From Torpedo marmorata (lineage: Eukaryota): 64,000 nucleotides of DNA. The DNA lies in the NCBI GenBank assembly GCA_977017645.1, contig OZ360223.1, positions 209,002,001 to 209,066,000 of the forward strand, written 5' to 3'. A program made the position numbers and the translations under genes. This document shows positions 54,295-64,000 of this stretch, in pieces (position 1 is the stretch's first letter; every line of letters starts with the position of its first letter). The notes under the pieces are model-generated. The model was not told the origin of the DNA and did not search any database. It worked only from the letters and a program-made list of their open reading frames with translations.

Positions 54295-54747
54295 AGAACC
54301 ACAGAACACTATTGCACAGATCCTTCTAGTCTGTGCTGAACTATTTTTCTGCCTAGCCCCACTGACCTGTACCTGGACTATATCCCTCCATACCCCTCCC
54401 ATTCATGTATCTGTACAAAGTTTTCTTAAATGTCAAAATTGAGCCTGCATTTACCAATTCAGCTGGCAGTTTGTTCTACGCTCCCACCACTCTCTGTGTG
54501 AAGAAGTTCCCTCTAATGTCACCTTTAAACTTTTCCCCTTCCACCCTTAACCCATGTCCTTTAGTTTTTATCTCACCTGACCTCAGTGGAAAAAGCCTAC
54601 TTGCATTTACCCTATCTAAACCCATCTTAATTTTGTATATCAAATCTCCCCTCATTCTTCTGTGCTCTAGGTAATAAAGTCCTAATCTGTTTAGCCTTTT
54701 CCTGTTACTCAGTTCTTCAAGTCCGGGCAACATCCTTGTAAATCTCC
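54295..54747 (-). mobile_element. CR1 3' fragment
   Basis: LEHRRMRGDLI..RGNFFTQRVVG. Confidence 0.85.
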
Positions 54748-55561
54748 ATAAGACATAGGAACAAAAATAGGCTATTCAGCCCATCGAGTCTGCCCCGCCA
54801 TTCAATCATGAGCTGATTAATTTTCCCACTCAGCCCAACTTCCCAGCCTTCTCGCCATAAACTTTGATGCCCTGGCTAATCAAGAACCAACCTATCAATC
54901 TCTGTCTTAAATACACCTAATGACCTGGCCTCCACAACCACCTGTGGCAACAAATTCCACAAATTTACCACCCTCTGGCTGAAGAAATTTCCTATGCATT
55001 TTTGTTCTAAGCGGACGCCCTTCAATTCTGAAGTTGTGCCCTCTTATCCTAGACTTTCCCACCATGGGAAAGAACCTTTCTACATCTACTCTGTCCTTGC
55101 CTTTCAACATTCAAAATGTTTCAATGAGATCCCCCCTCATTCTCCTAAATTCCAACGAGTACAGGCCAAGAGCTGTCAAGCGCTCTTCATATGATTACCC
55201 TTTCATTCCCGGAATCATCCTAGTGAACCTCCTTTGAACCCTCTCCAACTTCAGCACATCGTTTCTTAAATGAGGAGCCCAAAACTGCTCACAAAACTCC
55301 AAGTGAGGTCTCATCAGGGCCTTATAAAGTTTCAACATCACATTCCTGCTCTTACATTCAATTCCTCTTGAAATGAATGCCAGGATTGCAGTTGCCTTCT
55401 TCACCACCATCTCAACATGCAAGTTTACCTTCAAGCTATCCTGCACAAGGGCTCCCAGGTACCTTTGCATCTGGGTATTTTCAATTTTATCCCCATTTAA
55501 AAAATAGTCTGCCTGTTTATTTTTTCTACCAAAGTGCATGACCGTACAATTTCCAACATTA

Positions 55562-56068
55562 CTGTATATGCTGTTGTATAGGACAACTTGTGTATAGGAC
55601 GACCCCGGAATTTCCACCAAAAATTTTAGGTTTGAGCTATACCCTTTGATTAAGACGACCCACCCACCCCCCCCCCCAACCAAAAAAAATCTGGCACTTA
55701 TCGCTGACTAGTGGATGCTGTTAAAAGCAAATCACGATATTTTAATAACAAATTATCATTTTAAAGGTTTAAATTTTATTTGGATATTTTAAAATAAACC
55801 ACTGTTGGCTCCTGTAACAGGCCATTTAAAGCCTGTACAGAGCCGACAGCAGTTGGACCGGGCGGATGGACCCCGCGGAGGAGCGCTGAGACTTCGCAAA
55901 TAACTAACGGGGCATGCGCGAGATTGCATTGGAGCCGGCGGGAAGATGGTGCCGGTGTTGCGACTTCGTCGACAAGGTAAGAATTTCAGACCCTTTGTAT
56001 AGGACAACCTGATTTTAAAGTGAAAATTTTTAAGTTTCAAGAATCGTCCAATACAATGGCATATACGG
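55562..56068. mobile_element. Tc2/pogo-like MITE nested in CR1
   Basis: TIRs CYGTATATGCYRTTGTATWGGAC with CpG decay; TA on both sides; CR1 sequence continues across the insertion. Confidence 0.85.
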
Positions 56069-56116
56069 TATGTTTCATTTGCCACTTCTCTGCCCATTCT
56101 CTTAATCTGTCTAAGT

Positions 56117-56496
56117 CAGGGGTGGGTAACCTTTTTTTTAAAAAACTCACATTCCACCTTAAGTATTCCCTATGCCATAAGTGCTCTGTGATTAGTAAGG
56201 GATTACTTAAGGTGGTATGTGAGTGGAAAGAAAAAGGTTTGAAAACCACTGTTTTAATTGTACCTAATTGAGTCGTTATGTGCACGGTTTCATAACTCCA
56301 AAGGAAATGGGCCAATGGCAATTTTTCTCAAGCAAAATATTTCAGTAACAATTGGGTCTAGAGCAGTGGTTCTCAACCTTCCCTTCCCACTCACATACCA
56401 CCTTAAGTAATCCCTTACCAATCACAGAGCACTTATGGCATAGGGAATACTTAAGGTGGAATGTGAGTTTTTTTAAAAAAAGGTTGCCCACCCCTG
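56117..56496. mobile_element. hAT (Charlie-like) fold-back MITE nested in CR1
   Basis: TIR CAGGGGTGGGYAACC; perfect 8-bp TSD GTCTAAGT at 56109-16 and 56497-504. Confidence 0.93.
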
Positions 56497-59310
56497 GTCT
56501 AAGTCCATCTGCAGCCTTCGTGTTTCCTCCACACTACCTGCTCCTCCACCCACCTTTGTATTGTATGCAAACTTGGCCACAAAATCATTCATTTCATAAT
56601 CCAAATCATTAATATACAACATAGGAAGAAGCGGCCCCAACACCGACCCCTGTGGAACACCACTAGCAACTGGCAGCCAATCCGAATATGACCCTTGTAT
56701 TCCAACTCTCTGCTTCCTCCTAATCAGCCAATGCTCTACCCATGCAAGTATGTTTCCTGCTATACCATGGGCTCTTATGTTGTTAAGTAGCCTCATGTGC
56801 GGCAACTTGTTAAATGCCTTCTGAAAATCCAAATACACAACATTCACTGCATCTCCCTTATCCAGCCTGCTTGTCACTTCCTCAAAGAGTTCCATTAGGT
56901 TTGTCAAGCAAGATTTTCCCTTAAGGAAAATATGTTGGCTTTGGCCTATCCTGTCATGTGCCTCTCAGTACTCCGCAACCTCATCCTTGACAATCGACTC
57001 TAACATCTTCCCAACCACTGATGTCAGGCTAACCGGCCTATAATTTCCTTTCTGCTGCCTCCCTCCCTTCTTGAATAGTGGGACAACATTTGCGATTTTC
57101 CAGTCCTCCGGGTCCATGCCAGAACCTATTGATTCCTGAAGGATTATTACCAATGCCTCCATAATCTCTACCGCTACCTTTCTCAGGTCCCGAGGGTGCA
57201 ATCCATTTGGTCCGGGAGAATTATCCACCCTTAGACCATTCAGCTTTCTGAGCACATTCTCCCTTGATATAGTAACTGCACTCACTTCTCTTCGACATCT
57301 GGCACACTGCTAGTATCTTCCACAGTGAAGACTGATGCAAAATACTAATTTAGTTCCTCTGCCATCTCCTTGTCTCCCATTATTATTTCTCTGGCAAAAT
57401 TTTCTAGTGGTCCTATATCCACTCTCACCTCTCTTGTATTCTTTTATACTTGAAGAAGATTTTTGTATCCACTTTGATATTATTTGCTAGCCTACTTTCA
57501 ATACTTCATCTTTTCCCTCATGAGTTTTTTAGTTACCTTCTGTAAGTTTTTAAAAACTTCCCAATCCTCCATCTTCCCACTAATTTTTGTTTCCTTGTAT
57601 GCCCTCTCTTTTGCTTTCACGTTGGCTTTAACTTCCCTAGTCAGCCATAGTTGTGATATTTTTCTGTTTGAATATTTCCTCTTTTTTGGTATGTATTTAT
57701 CTTGCACCTTCCCCACTTCTTGCAGAAACTCCATCCATTGCTGCTCTGCTGTCTTCCCTACTAGTGCCCCCTTCCAATCTACTTTAGCCAGTTCCTCTCT
57801 CAGGCCACTGTAATTTCCTTTCACTGAAATACCAACACCTCTGACTTTATTTTCTGCTTGTTAAATCTCAAATTGAACTCAATCATATTGTGATCACTAC
57901 CCTCTAATGGTTCCTTTACCCTAAGCTCTCCAATCACCTTGGGTACATTGCACAACACCCAATCCAGTACAGCCAATCTCCTTGTGGGCTCATCAACAAG
58001 CTGCTCTAAAAAGCTATCTTGTAGGCTTTCTACAAAATCTCTCTTGAGATCCAGTCCCAAACTGGTTTTCCCAATCTACTTGCATGTTAAAATCCCCCCT
58101 GACTACCATAACATTGCCCTTCTGACACACCTTTTCTATCTGCTGTTGTAAATTGTTATCCACATCCTGGCTTCTGTTTGGAGGTCTGTATATAAAATCC
58201 AACAGTGCCTTTTTATCCTTGCCATTTCTTAACTTGACCCACAATGATTCTATATCTTCTGATCTTATGTCACGTCTTTCTAATGATTTAATGTTGTTCC
58301 TTACCTACAGAGCCATGCCACCCCCTCTGCTTAGCTGCCTGTCATTTCGATACACTGTGTATTGGACATTCAGCTCCCAATGACATCGATCCTTTAGCCA
58401 TGACTCCGTGATGGCCACTACATCATACCTGCCAATCTGTAGTTGTACTACAAGGCCATCCACTTTATTTTTTTATGCTGCTTACATTTAAATACAAAAG
58501 CTTTATCCCTTTATTTGTTACATTTGACTCTGTCCCTGTTGCATTGCAACGTATCCTCATGGCTGCAACTTTGCCGTATCTGCCTGTCCTTTCACAGTAA
58601 CTCCCTACCAGCTGTCCCTACTTGTGCACCAACAACCTCTTCCTTTGCTTCTTCACTTTGGTTCCCACCCCCCTGCAAATCTAGTTTAAACACCCCCCCA
58701 CCTCCCTGAGCATTAGCAAACCTCCTTGTCAGGATATTGGTTCCCCTCAAGTTCAGGTGCAACCCATCCCACTTGTAAAGGTCACCCCTTCCCATAAAAT
58801 GTTCCAATGATCCAAGAACTTGAAACTCTGCCCCATGCACCGTCTCCTCAGCCACACTTTTGTCTGCACTATCTTCCTGTTCTGACGTTCCCTAGCTCAT
58901 GGCTCTGGGAGTAATCCAGAGATGACCACCTTGGAGGTCCTGCTCTTCAGCCTCTTTCCTAACTCCCTAAACTTATTTTGCAGGACCTCATCCCCACTCC
59001 TGCCAATATCATTGGTACCAATATGTACCATGAGCTCTGGCTGATCATCCTCCCCCTAAAGAATATTCTGCACCCGTTCACCCGGGAGGCAACACACTAC
59101 CCTGGAGTCTCTTTTGTGGCCACAGAATCTCCTATCTGTTCCCCTGACTATCGAGTCCCCTATGACTATCGCTCTACCTGACTTCACCCTTCCCTTCTGA
59201 GGCTGAGCCGACCATGGTGCTGTTGGTCTGGCTGCTGCTGCCTGTCCCAGATAGGTCATCCCCCCAGCAGTATCCAAAGGGGTATACTTGTTGCTGAGGG
59301 GAATGTTAAA

Positions 59311-60025
59311 TCAAGTTAAGTCAAGTTTATTGTCATCTGATTGAACAAGTATAACCTGACGAAACAGCATTCTCTGATCCTCAGTGCAAAAAAAGCAGAC
59401 ATACAACCAGTCATAACACACATACAGACAAACAATACATATGCAGGACAAGTATTTCATCTATACAAATAAATAAATAAATATTGTTTTATGAATATGA
59501 GAGCCTCGGATGGTTAGCAGTTCCTTTGGTCATTCAGTATTCTCACTGCCCGTGGGAAGAAGCTGTTCCTCAGCCTGGTGGTGCTGGCTCTAATACTCCT
59601 GTATCTCTTCCCCGACAGGAGCAGCTGAAAGATGCTGTGTGCAGGGTGGAAAGAGTCCTCAATGATTTTGCGCACCCTCTTCAGACAACGATCCCGGTAG
59701 ATCACGTCGATAGGGGGGAGGGAGACTCCAGTGATCCTCTCTGCTACTCTTGTGGTCTTGTGGATTGACCTCCGATCCATTTGTCTGCAGCAACCGTACC
59801 ACGCTGTGATGCAGCCGGCCAGGACGCTCTCAATAGAGCTTCTATAGAAGGTTGACATAATGGTGGCCGGTAGCCTTGCCCGCTTCAGTTTTCTCAGGAT
59901 GTGCAGTTGCTGTTGCGCCTTCCTGACAAGTGAGGAGATGTTGAGTGTCCATGATAGGTCACTTGTTAAATGAACTCCAAGGAAAGTGGTGCTCTCCATT
60001 CTCTCTACTACAGAGTTGTTGATAT
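59311..60025 (-). mobile_element. Rex1/Babar-like LINE 3' part, interrupted by the LTR element
   Basis: INNSVVERMESTTFLGVHL...RLRNSFFPRAVRILN; homology stops at the LTR TG. Confidence 0.88.
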
Positions 60026-60146
60026 TGTTATGGACCATGACTGACCATTTGGACTGTGGACGGTCAGCAGGAAGGATGAATTCTTTTGGAGTATACACTG
60101 GGGCCAGGTACTGAAAAAGTTAACTTCCCCAGGACTTGGTGTACCC

Positions 60147-60178
<32 letters not shown>

Positions 60179-60891
60179 TGTGGAATAGATACATTGTTGC
60201 ACTTTTGCAAAAAGCAGGGGCAGATCTCTGCAAAGCAGACAGTTGTGAGTTGCAAGGCTACAGAACAGCCAGATCCAGTTTTGTGTGCAAAAGTCAGAGA
60301 AAGACTGACAAAATAGCACATGGCCTCCTGTCTCAGAGAAAAATTCTGAGAAAAGCAACTTCTGTGGAGAACAGGCGTGAGATCAGCGAGACTAGCTGTG
60401 AGATTCAAGCATACGCCTAAATCAGAGATATACTGATCTGGAACTTGCAATCCTTATGAACCTACAAGAAGGGGACGTCATCAGAGAAGAAAACAAGTAT
60501 TTGTAAGCATAATCAGTCATTTGTCTCTCTCCAACGTTCATTCAGAAGTACTTCTTCCAGACCCAGAGCTGAAGTGAAGCCTGAACTTAGAGAGTGGATT
60601 TTTTTTGGACTGTATCTTTTGTTTTTTTGACTGACTTGTTGTTTTATGACTGACCTGGGGTTTTTGGGGAAAGTTTTTCCATTTTTACATAAGGGTTGGG
60701 CACAGACTGTAATGGTCTGGGCTTTACACACACACACATACACCTTTTAGATAAGAATAGAGTTTATAGACGTTTATAGTGGGGTTAATTGGTGTGAAAT
60801 TATATGTTTACTTGTGTTTAATAAATAATAATTTCAATTTTTACCCCTTTTGCATTGCGTCTTCTGTCGTTGCTGGTTTGATTCTGTAACA
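60026..60891 (+). mobile_element. 5' LTR of a Gmr1-type Ty3/gypsy retrotransposon
   Basis: TGTTA...TAACA; AATAAA near 60820; followed by PBS; homologous to solo LTR 23242-24085. Confidence 0.93.
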
Positions 60892-60894
60892 AAT

Positions 60895-60913
60895 TGGGGG
60901 CTCGTTGCGGGAT
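60895..60913 (+). promoter_or_regulatory. Primer-binding site, tRNA-Pro type
   Basis: TGGGGGCTCGTTGCGGGAT versus canonical TGGGGGCTCGTCCGGGAT; starts 3 nt after the LTR. Confidence 0.85.
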
Positions 60914-61025
60914 TTGAATCAAAATCCATCTTGGTAATTGAAGGAATCCCAGTTTGGTTTAAGGCATTCCTTTTTGGTAAAGCTAATTAAAAGCTAGTGT
61001 GTGTAACAAAAAAAAACCAGCAACA

Positions 61026-64000
61026 ATGGATGTGGAACATTTTTTGGAATCACCTGAACCTGATACTTTAAAAAAGGCGAAAAAGGAACAGTTAGTGGCT
61101 ATAGCAACAGAGTTGGGCATTGCTTCTGTAAAACCATCTATGAAAAAGGCAGAGATTGGGAGAAAAATTGTCAAGTACTATATAAAAGAAAAAAAAATGG
61201 AGGAGAGCGTGTTAGAGCAGTTTCCCAAGGGTAAACCTTCTGAAAACATACAGTTGGAATTAAAGAAATTGGAATTGGAGGCAGCCAGAGAACAAAAGAA
61301 ATTAGAATTGGAGGCAGACAGGGAACAAAAGAATAGGGAATTGGAACAGAGGAAATTAGAATTGGAGATAGCCAGGGAACAGAAGAGATTAGACTTAGAG
61401 AATGATGAGAAAAATAGGATATATATGCTGGAAAAGATAAAGTTGGAAAATGAGAGGAGACAAGAAGAGCGCCAAGATCAAATTCGTCATCCTGCTGAGG
61501 GGTTTTTGGCTAGTAGAGAAGTTAGGTTGGTTCCTCCATTTGAGGAGGCAGAAATAGATAAGTACTTCCAACATTTTGAGAAAGTGGCTGTGAAATTGAA
61601 ATGGCCACAAGACCAATGGTCTCTTATGTTACAAAGTGTAATTAAAGGAAAAGCTCAGCAAGCTTATTCTACTCTTACCACAGAACAAGCTGCTGATTAT
61701 GAAATGGTGAAGAAGGCTATACTCCAGGCTTATGAGTTAGTTCCAGAGGCTTATAGACAGAAGTTTAGAAATCTAAAAAGATCAGCAACCCAATCTTATA
61801 CAGAGTTTGCCTATGAAAAAGTTGTGTGTTTTGACAGGTGGTGCACATCTAAGGAAGTAAATAATGATTACAATCAATTGAGAGAATTGATAATAATCGA
61901 GGAGATAAAAAGGTGTGTTCCTGAGGATATTAAGGTATACTTAGATGAAAAGGAGGTGAAAACTTGGCGAGATTCAGCTAAGTTGGCAGATGGATATGCT
62001 TTAACCCACAAGCCTAAGTGGACGTCAGGTAGAATTTTCCAAAAGGTCACGGTGGATAATCAGAAGCAAGTGGAAAGTAAATTTGGAAGTGGTGTTAAGG
62101 AAAGGGATGAAGGAAAGTGGAAAAGGGAAAACAATTCAGGTCCCATTTGCCACTACTGTAGGAAGGTTGGTCATATGATAGCAAGCTGTCCAGTGTTGAA
62201 AAAGAAGAGAGAAAAGGATGCAACACCTAATGCTTGTATTCAGAGTGAGAAGATGCATAATACCCAGGAAGGAGATAAATTTACTGACCAAGTTAAAGAT
62301 GTATTTAAACCTTTTGTGACTGATGGTTTTGTTTCAGTTAAGGCAGGATCAAAACAAGTGCCAGTGAAAATTTTGCGAGATACTGGAGCTGCTCAGTCAC
62401 TTGTGTTAGATAGTGTCTTGGAATTTTGTGAAGCTACTGACACCGGTGACATAAATTTAATAAAAGGAATTGGTGGTGAAGTTGAGTCCATTCCTTTGCA
62501 CAAAATAGTATTGAACTCAGACTTGGTGGAAGGACCAGTTATAATAGGAGTGAGATCAGAGTTGCCCGTAGAAGGAGTCTCACTGTTGTTAGGCAATGAC
62601 TTGGCCAAGGGTAAAGTAGTTCCTGCAGTGCGAATGACCACTAAGCCAGTCATTGATAAGTCAGAGAAAGACTCTGATATTTATCCGGCATGTGCCATAA
62701 CCAGGGCCATGTCTAAGAAAAATGTCACTGTAGAGAAGGCAGTGGAAAATAACTTGGTAAAAGAAAAAGAAACTGATAATCAAGAAAACCTGGAAAAGGT
62801 TGAGCAATCTCCTATGTTACACCCATCCACTGATAAGACACCTAAAGGCACAGATTTGTCACTATCCCGACAGGAGTTAATAGCAAGGCAAAAGGACGAT
62901 CCGGATCTTGCTGAGGTGAGGGATAAGGTTCTCTCTGAAGAGGAGATTAAAAAGGTGCCAGTAGGTTATTATGAAAAAGATGGGGTGTTGATGAGACAGT
63001 GGAGACCACGTGATGTTCCTGCCAATGAAGAATGGGCAGTAGTGCAACAGGTTGTGATCCCTAAAGTATATAGGGATGAAATAATAACTTTGGCTCATAG
63101 TACACCCTTAGGTGGTCATCTTGGGGTGAAGAAAACTATAAGTAAGATAATGAAACAGTTTTATTGGCCCAGTTTGAGAAGGGAGGTTGTAAGCTTTTGC
63201 CGGGCCTGTCACACTTGTCAGGTAGTGGGTAAACCTAATCAGGGTCCCCCGGTGGCACCCTTGCAACCTATCCCTGCTTTCAGTGAGCCTTTCTCGAGAG
63301 TAATTGTGGACTGTGTTGGCCCATTGCCCAAAACCAAAGCGGGGAATGAATATTTGTTAACAATTATGTGTGCAGCCACCAGATTTCCAGAGGCCATTCC
63401 TCTGAGAAACATAAAAGCAAAGTCAATTGTAAAGGCTATGGTAAAGTTTTTCACCTTGGTAGGTTTGCCAAGGGAAATTCAATCAGATCAGGGCAGTAAT
63501 TTCATGTCAGGCGTTTTCCAACAAGTGGTTGATGGACTAGGAGTTAAACAGATTGTATCCTCTGCGTACCATCCAGAAAGTCAAGGGGCCTTGGAGAGGT
63601 TCCATTCGACTTTGAAAACCATGATTAGAACCTATTGTTGTGAGAAGGAAAAGGATTGGGATGAGGGGGTTCATTTGTTGTTATTTGCAGCGAGGGAGTC
63701 TATCCAAGATTCGCTTGGTTTTAGTCCATTTGAGTTAGTTTTCGGACATGAGGTGAGAGGTCCTTTAAGATTATTAAAAGAACAGTGGATTAATCGTGAT
63801 GTGCATTTAAATCTGTTAGATTATGTTTCCAAATTTAAGGATCGATTACATAGGGCTTGTGAGATGGCAAAGGAGAATTTGAAGGCCACTCAACAGAAAA
63901 TGAAGGTTTGGTATGATCGAAAGGCGAAGATGAGAACTTTTAAACCTGGTGAGAATGTATTAGTTCTGTTTCCCATCCATTCAAATCCTCTTAGGGCTAG
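61026..64000 (+). CDS. Gag-protease-integrase polyprotein (Gmr1 clade), open past the window end
   Basis: MDVEHFLES..; capsid region (VPEAYRQKFR..WC..LIIIEE); knuckle CHYCRKVGHMIASC at 62148; protease LRDTGA at 62379; integrase H..GGHLG..CHTC, DCVGP at 63309, SDQG at 63486, ERF; all in one frame with no stop found. Confidence 0.92.
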   Translation, partial: MDVEHFLESPEPDTLKKAKKEQLVAIATELGIASVKPSMKKAEIGRKIVKYYIKEKKMEESVLEQFPKGKPSENIQLELKKLELEAAREQKKLELEADREQKNRELEQRKLELEIAREQKRLDLENDEKNRIYMLEKIKLENERRQEERQDQIRHPAEGFLASREVRLVPPFEEAEIDKYFQHFEKVAVKLKWPQDQWSLMLQSVIKGKAQQAYSTLTTEQAADYEMVKKAILQAYELVPEAYRQKFRNLKRSATQSYTEFAYEKVVCFDRWCTSKEVNNDYNQLRELIIIEEIKRCVPEDIKVYLDEKEVKTWRDSAKLADGYALTHKPKWTSGRIFQKVTVDNQKQVESKFGSGVKERDEGKWKRENNSGPICHYCRKVGHMIASCPVLKKKREKDATPNACIQSEKMHNTQEGDKFTDQVKDVFKPFVTDGFVSVKAGSKQVPVKILRDTGAAQSLVLDSVLEFCEATDTGDINLIKGIGGEVESIPLHKIVLNSDLVEGPVIIGVRSELPVEGVSLLLGNDLAKGKVVPAVRMTTKPVIDKSEKDSDIYPACAITRAMSKKNVTVEKAVENNLVKEKETDNQENLEKVEQSPMLHPSTDKTPKGTDLSLSRQELIARQKDDPDLAEVRDKVLSEEEIKKVPVGYYEKDGVLMRQWRPRDVPANEEWAVVQQVVIPKVYRDEIITLAHSTPLGGHLGVKKTISKIMKQFYWPSLRREVVSFCRACHTCQVVGKPNQGPPVAPLQPIPAFSEPFSRVIVDCVGPLPKTKAGNEYLLTIMCAATRFPEAIPLRNIKAKSIVKAMVKFFTLVGLPREIQSDQGSNFMSGVFQQVVDGLGVKQIVSSAYHPESQGALERFHSTLKTMIRTYCCEKEKDWDEGVHLLLFAARESIQDSLGFSPFELVFGHEVRGPLRLLKEQWINRDVHLNLLDYVSKFKDRLHRACEMAKENLKATQQKMKVWYDRKAKMRTFKPGENVLVLFPIHSNPLRA

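Larger units (their letters stand above)
54749..59305 (-). mobile_element. Long CR1 LINE (ORF1 esterase plus ORF2 APE-RT), decayed, carrying two MITEs
   Basis: ORF1 SGNH motifs IVIGDSIVRG and DGLHLN; APE YRPP, GDFN, SDHNMIEF; RT NYRPVSLTS, DFQKAF, GVPQGSVLGP. Confidence 0.92.

Noticed and set aside
60983-63454. Short minus-strand ORFs in the track
   Set aside because: Antisense shadows of the long plus-strand gag-pol frame.

Overview
This is vertebrate genomic DNA, most likely from a cartilaginous fish (inferred from the repeat landscape). The only host gene I can support is the 3' part of HECTD3 (HECT E3 ligase) on the + strand: 14 GT-AG exons from 1952 to the stop at 40137, with consistent splice phases. 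The rest is a dense set of nested mobile elements: five L1-type LINE insertions with long TSDs, CR1 and Rex1/Babar LINEs, Penelope remnants with hammerhead-like motifs, two solo LTRs, and a Gmr1-type Ty3/gypsy element whose ORF runs open from 61026 to the window end (gag-protease-integrase order; absent from the ORF track). There are also several non-autonomous TIR elements. The most unusual signal is that some TIR elements carry GC-rich foreign cargo: a Tigger-like MITE holds three joined fragments of a LINGO-family gene, a Tc2-like MITE holds a ~44 x 27-bp hairpin minisatellite, and another Tc2-like MITE holds what looks like a CpG-island promoter plus first exon. All family assignments come from motif recognition by eye, not database searches.
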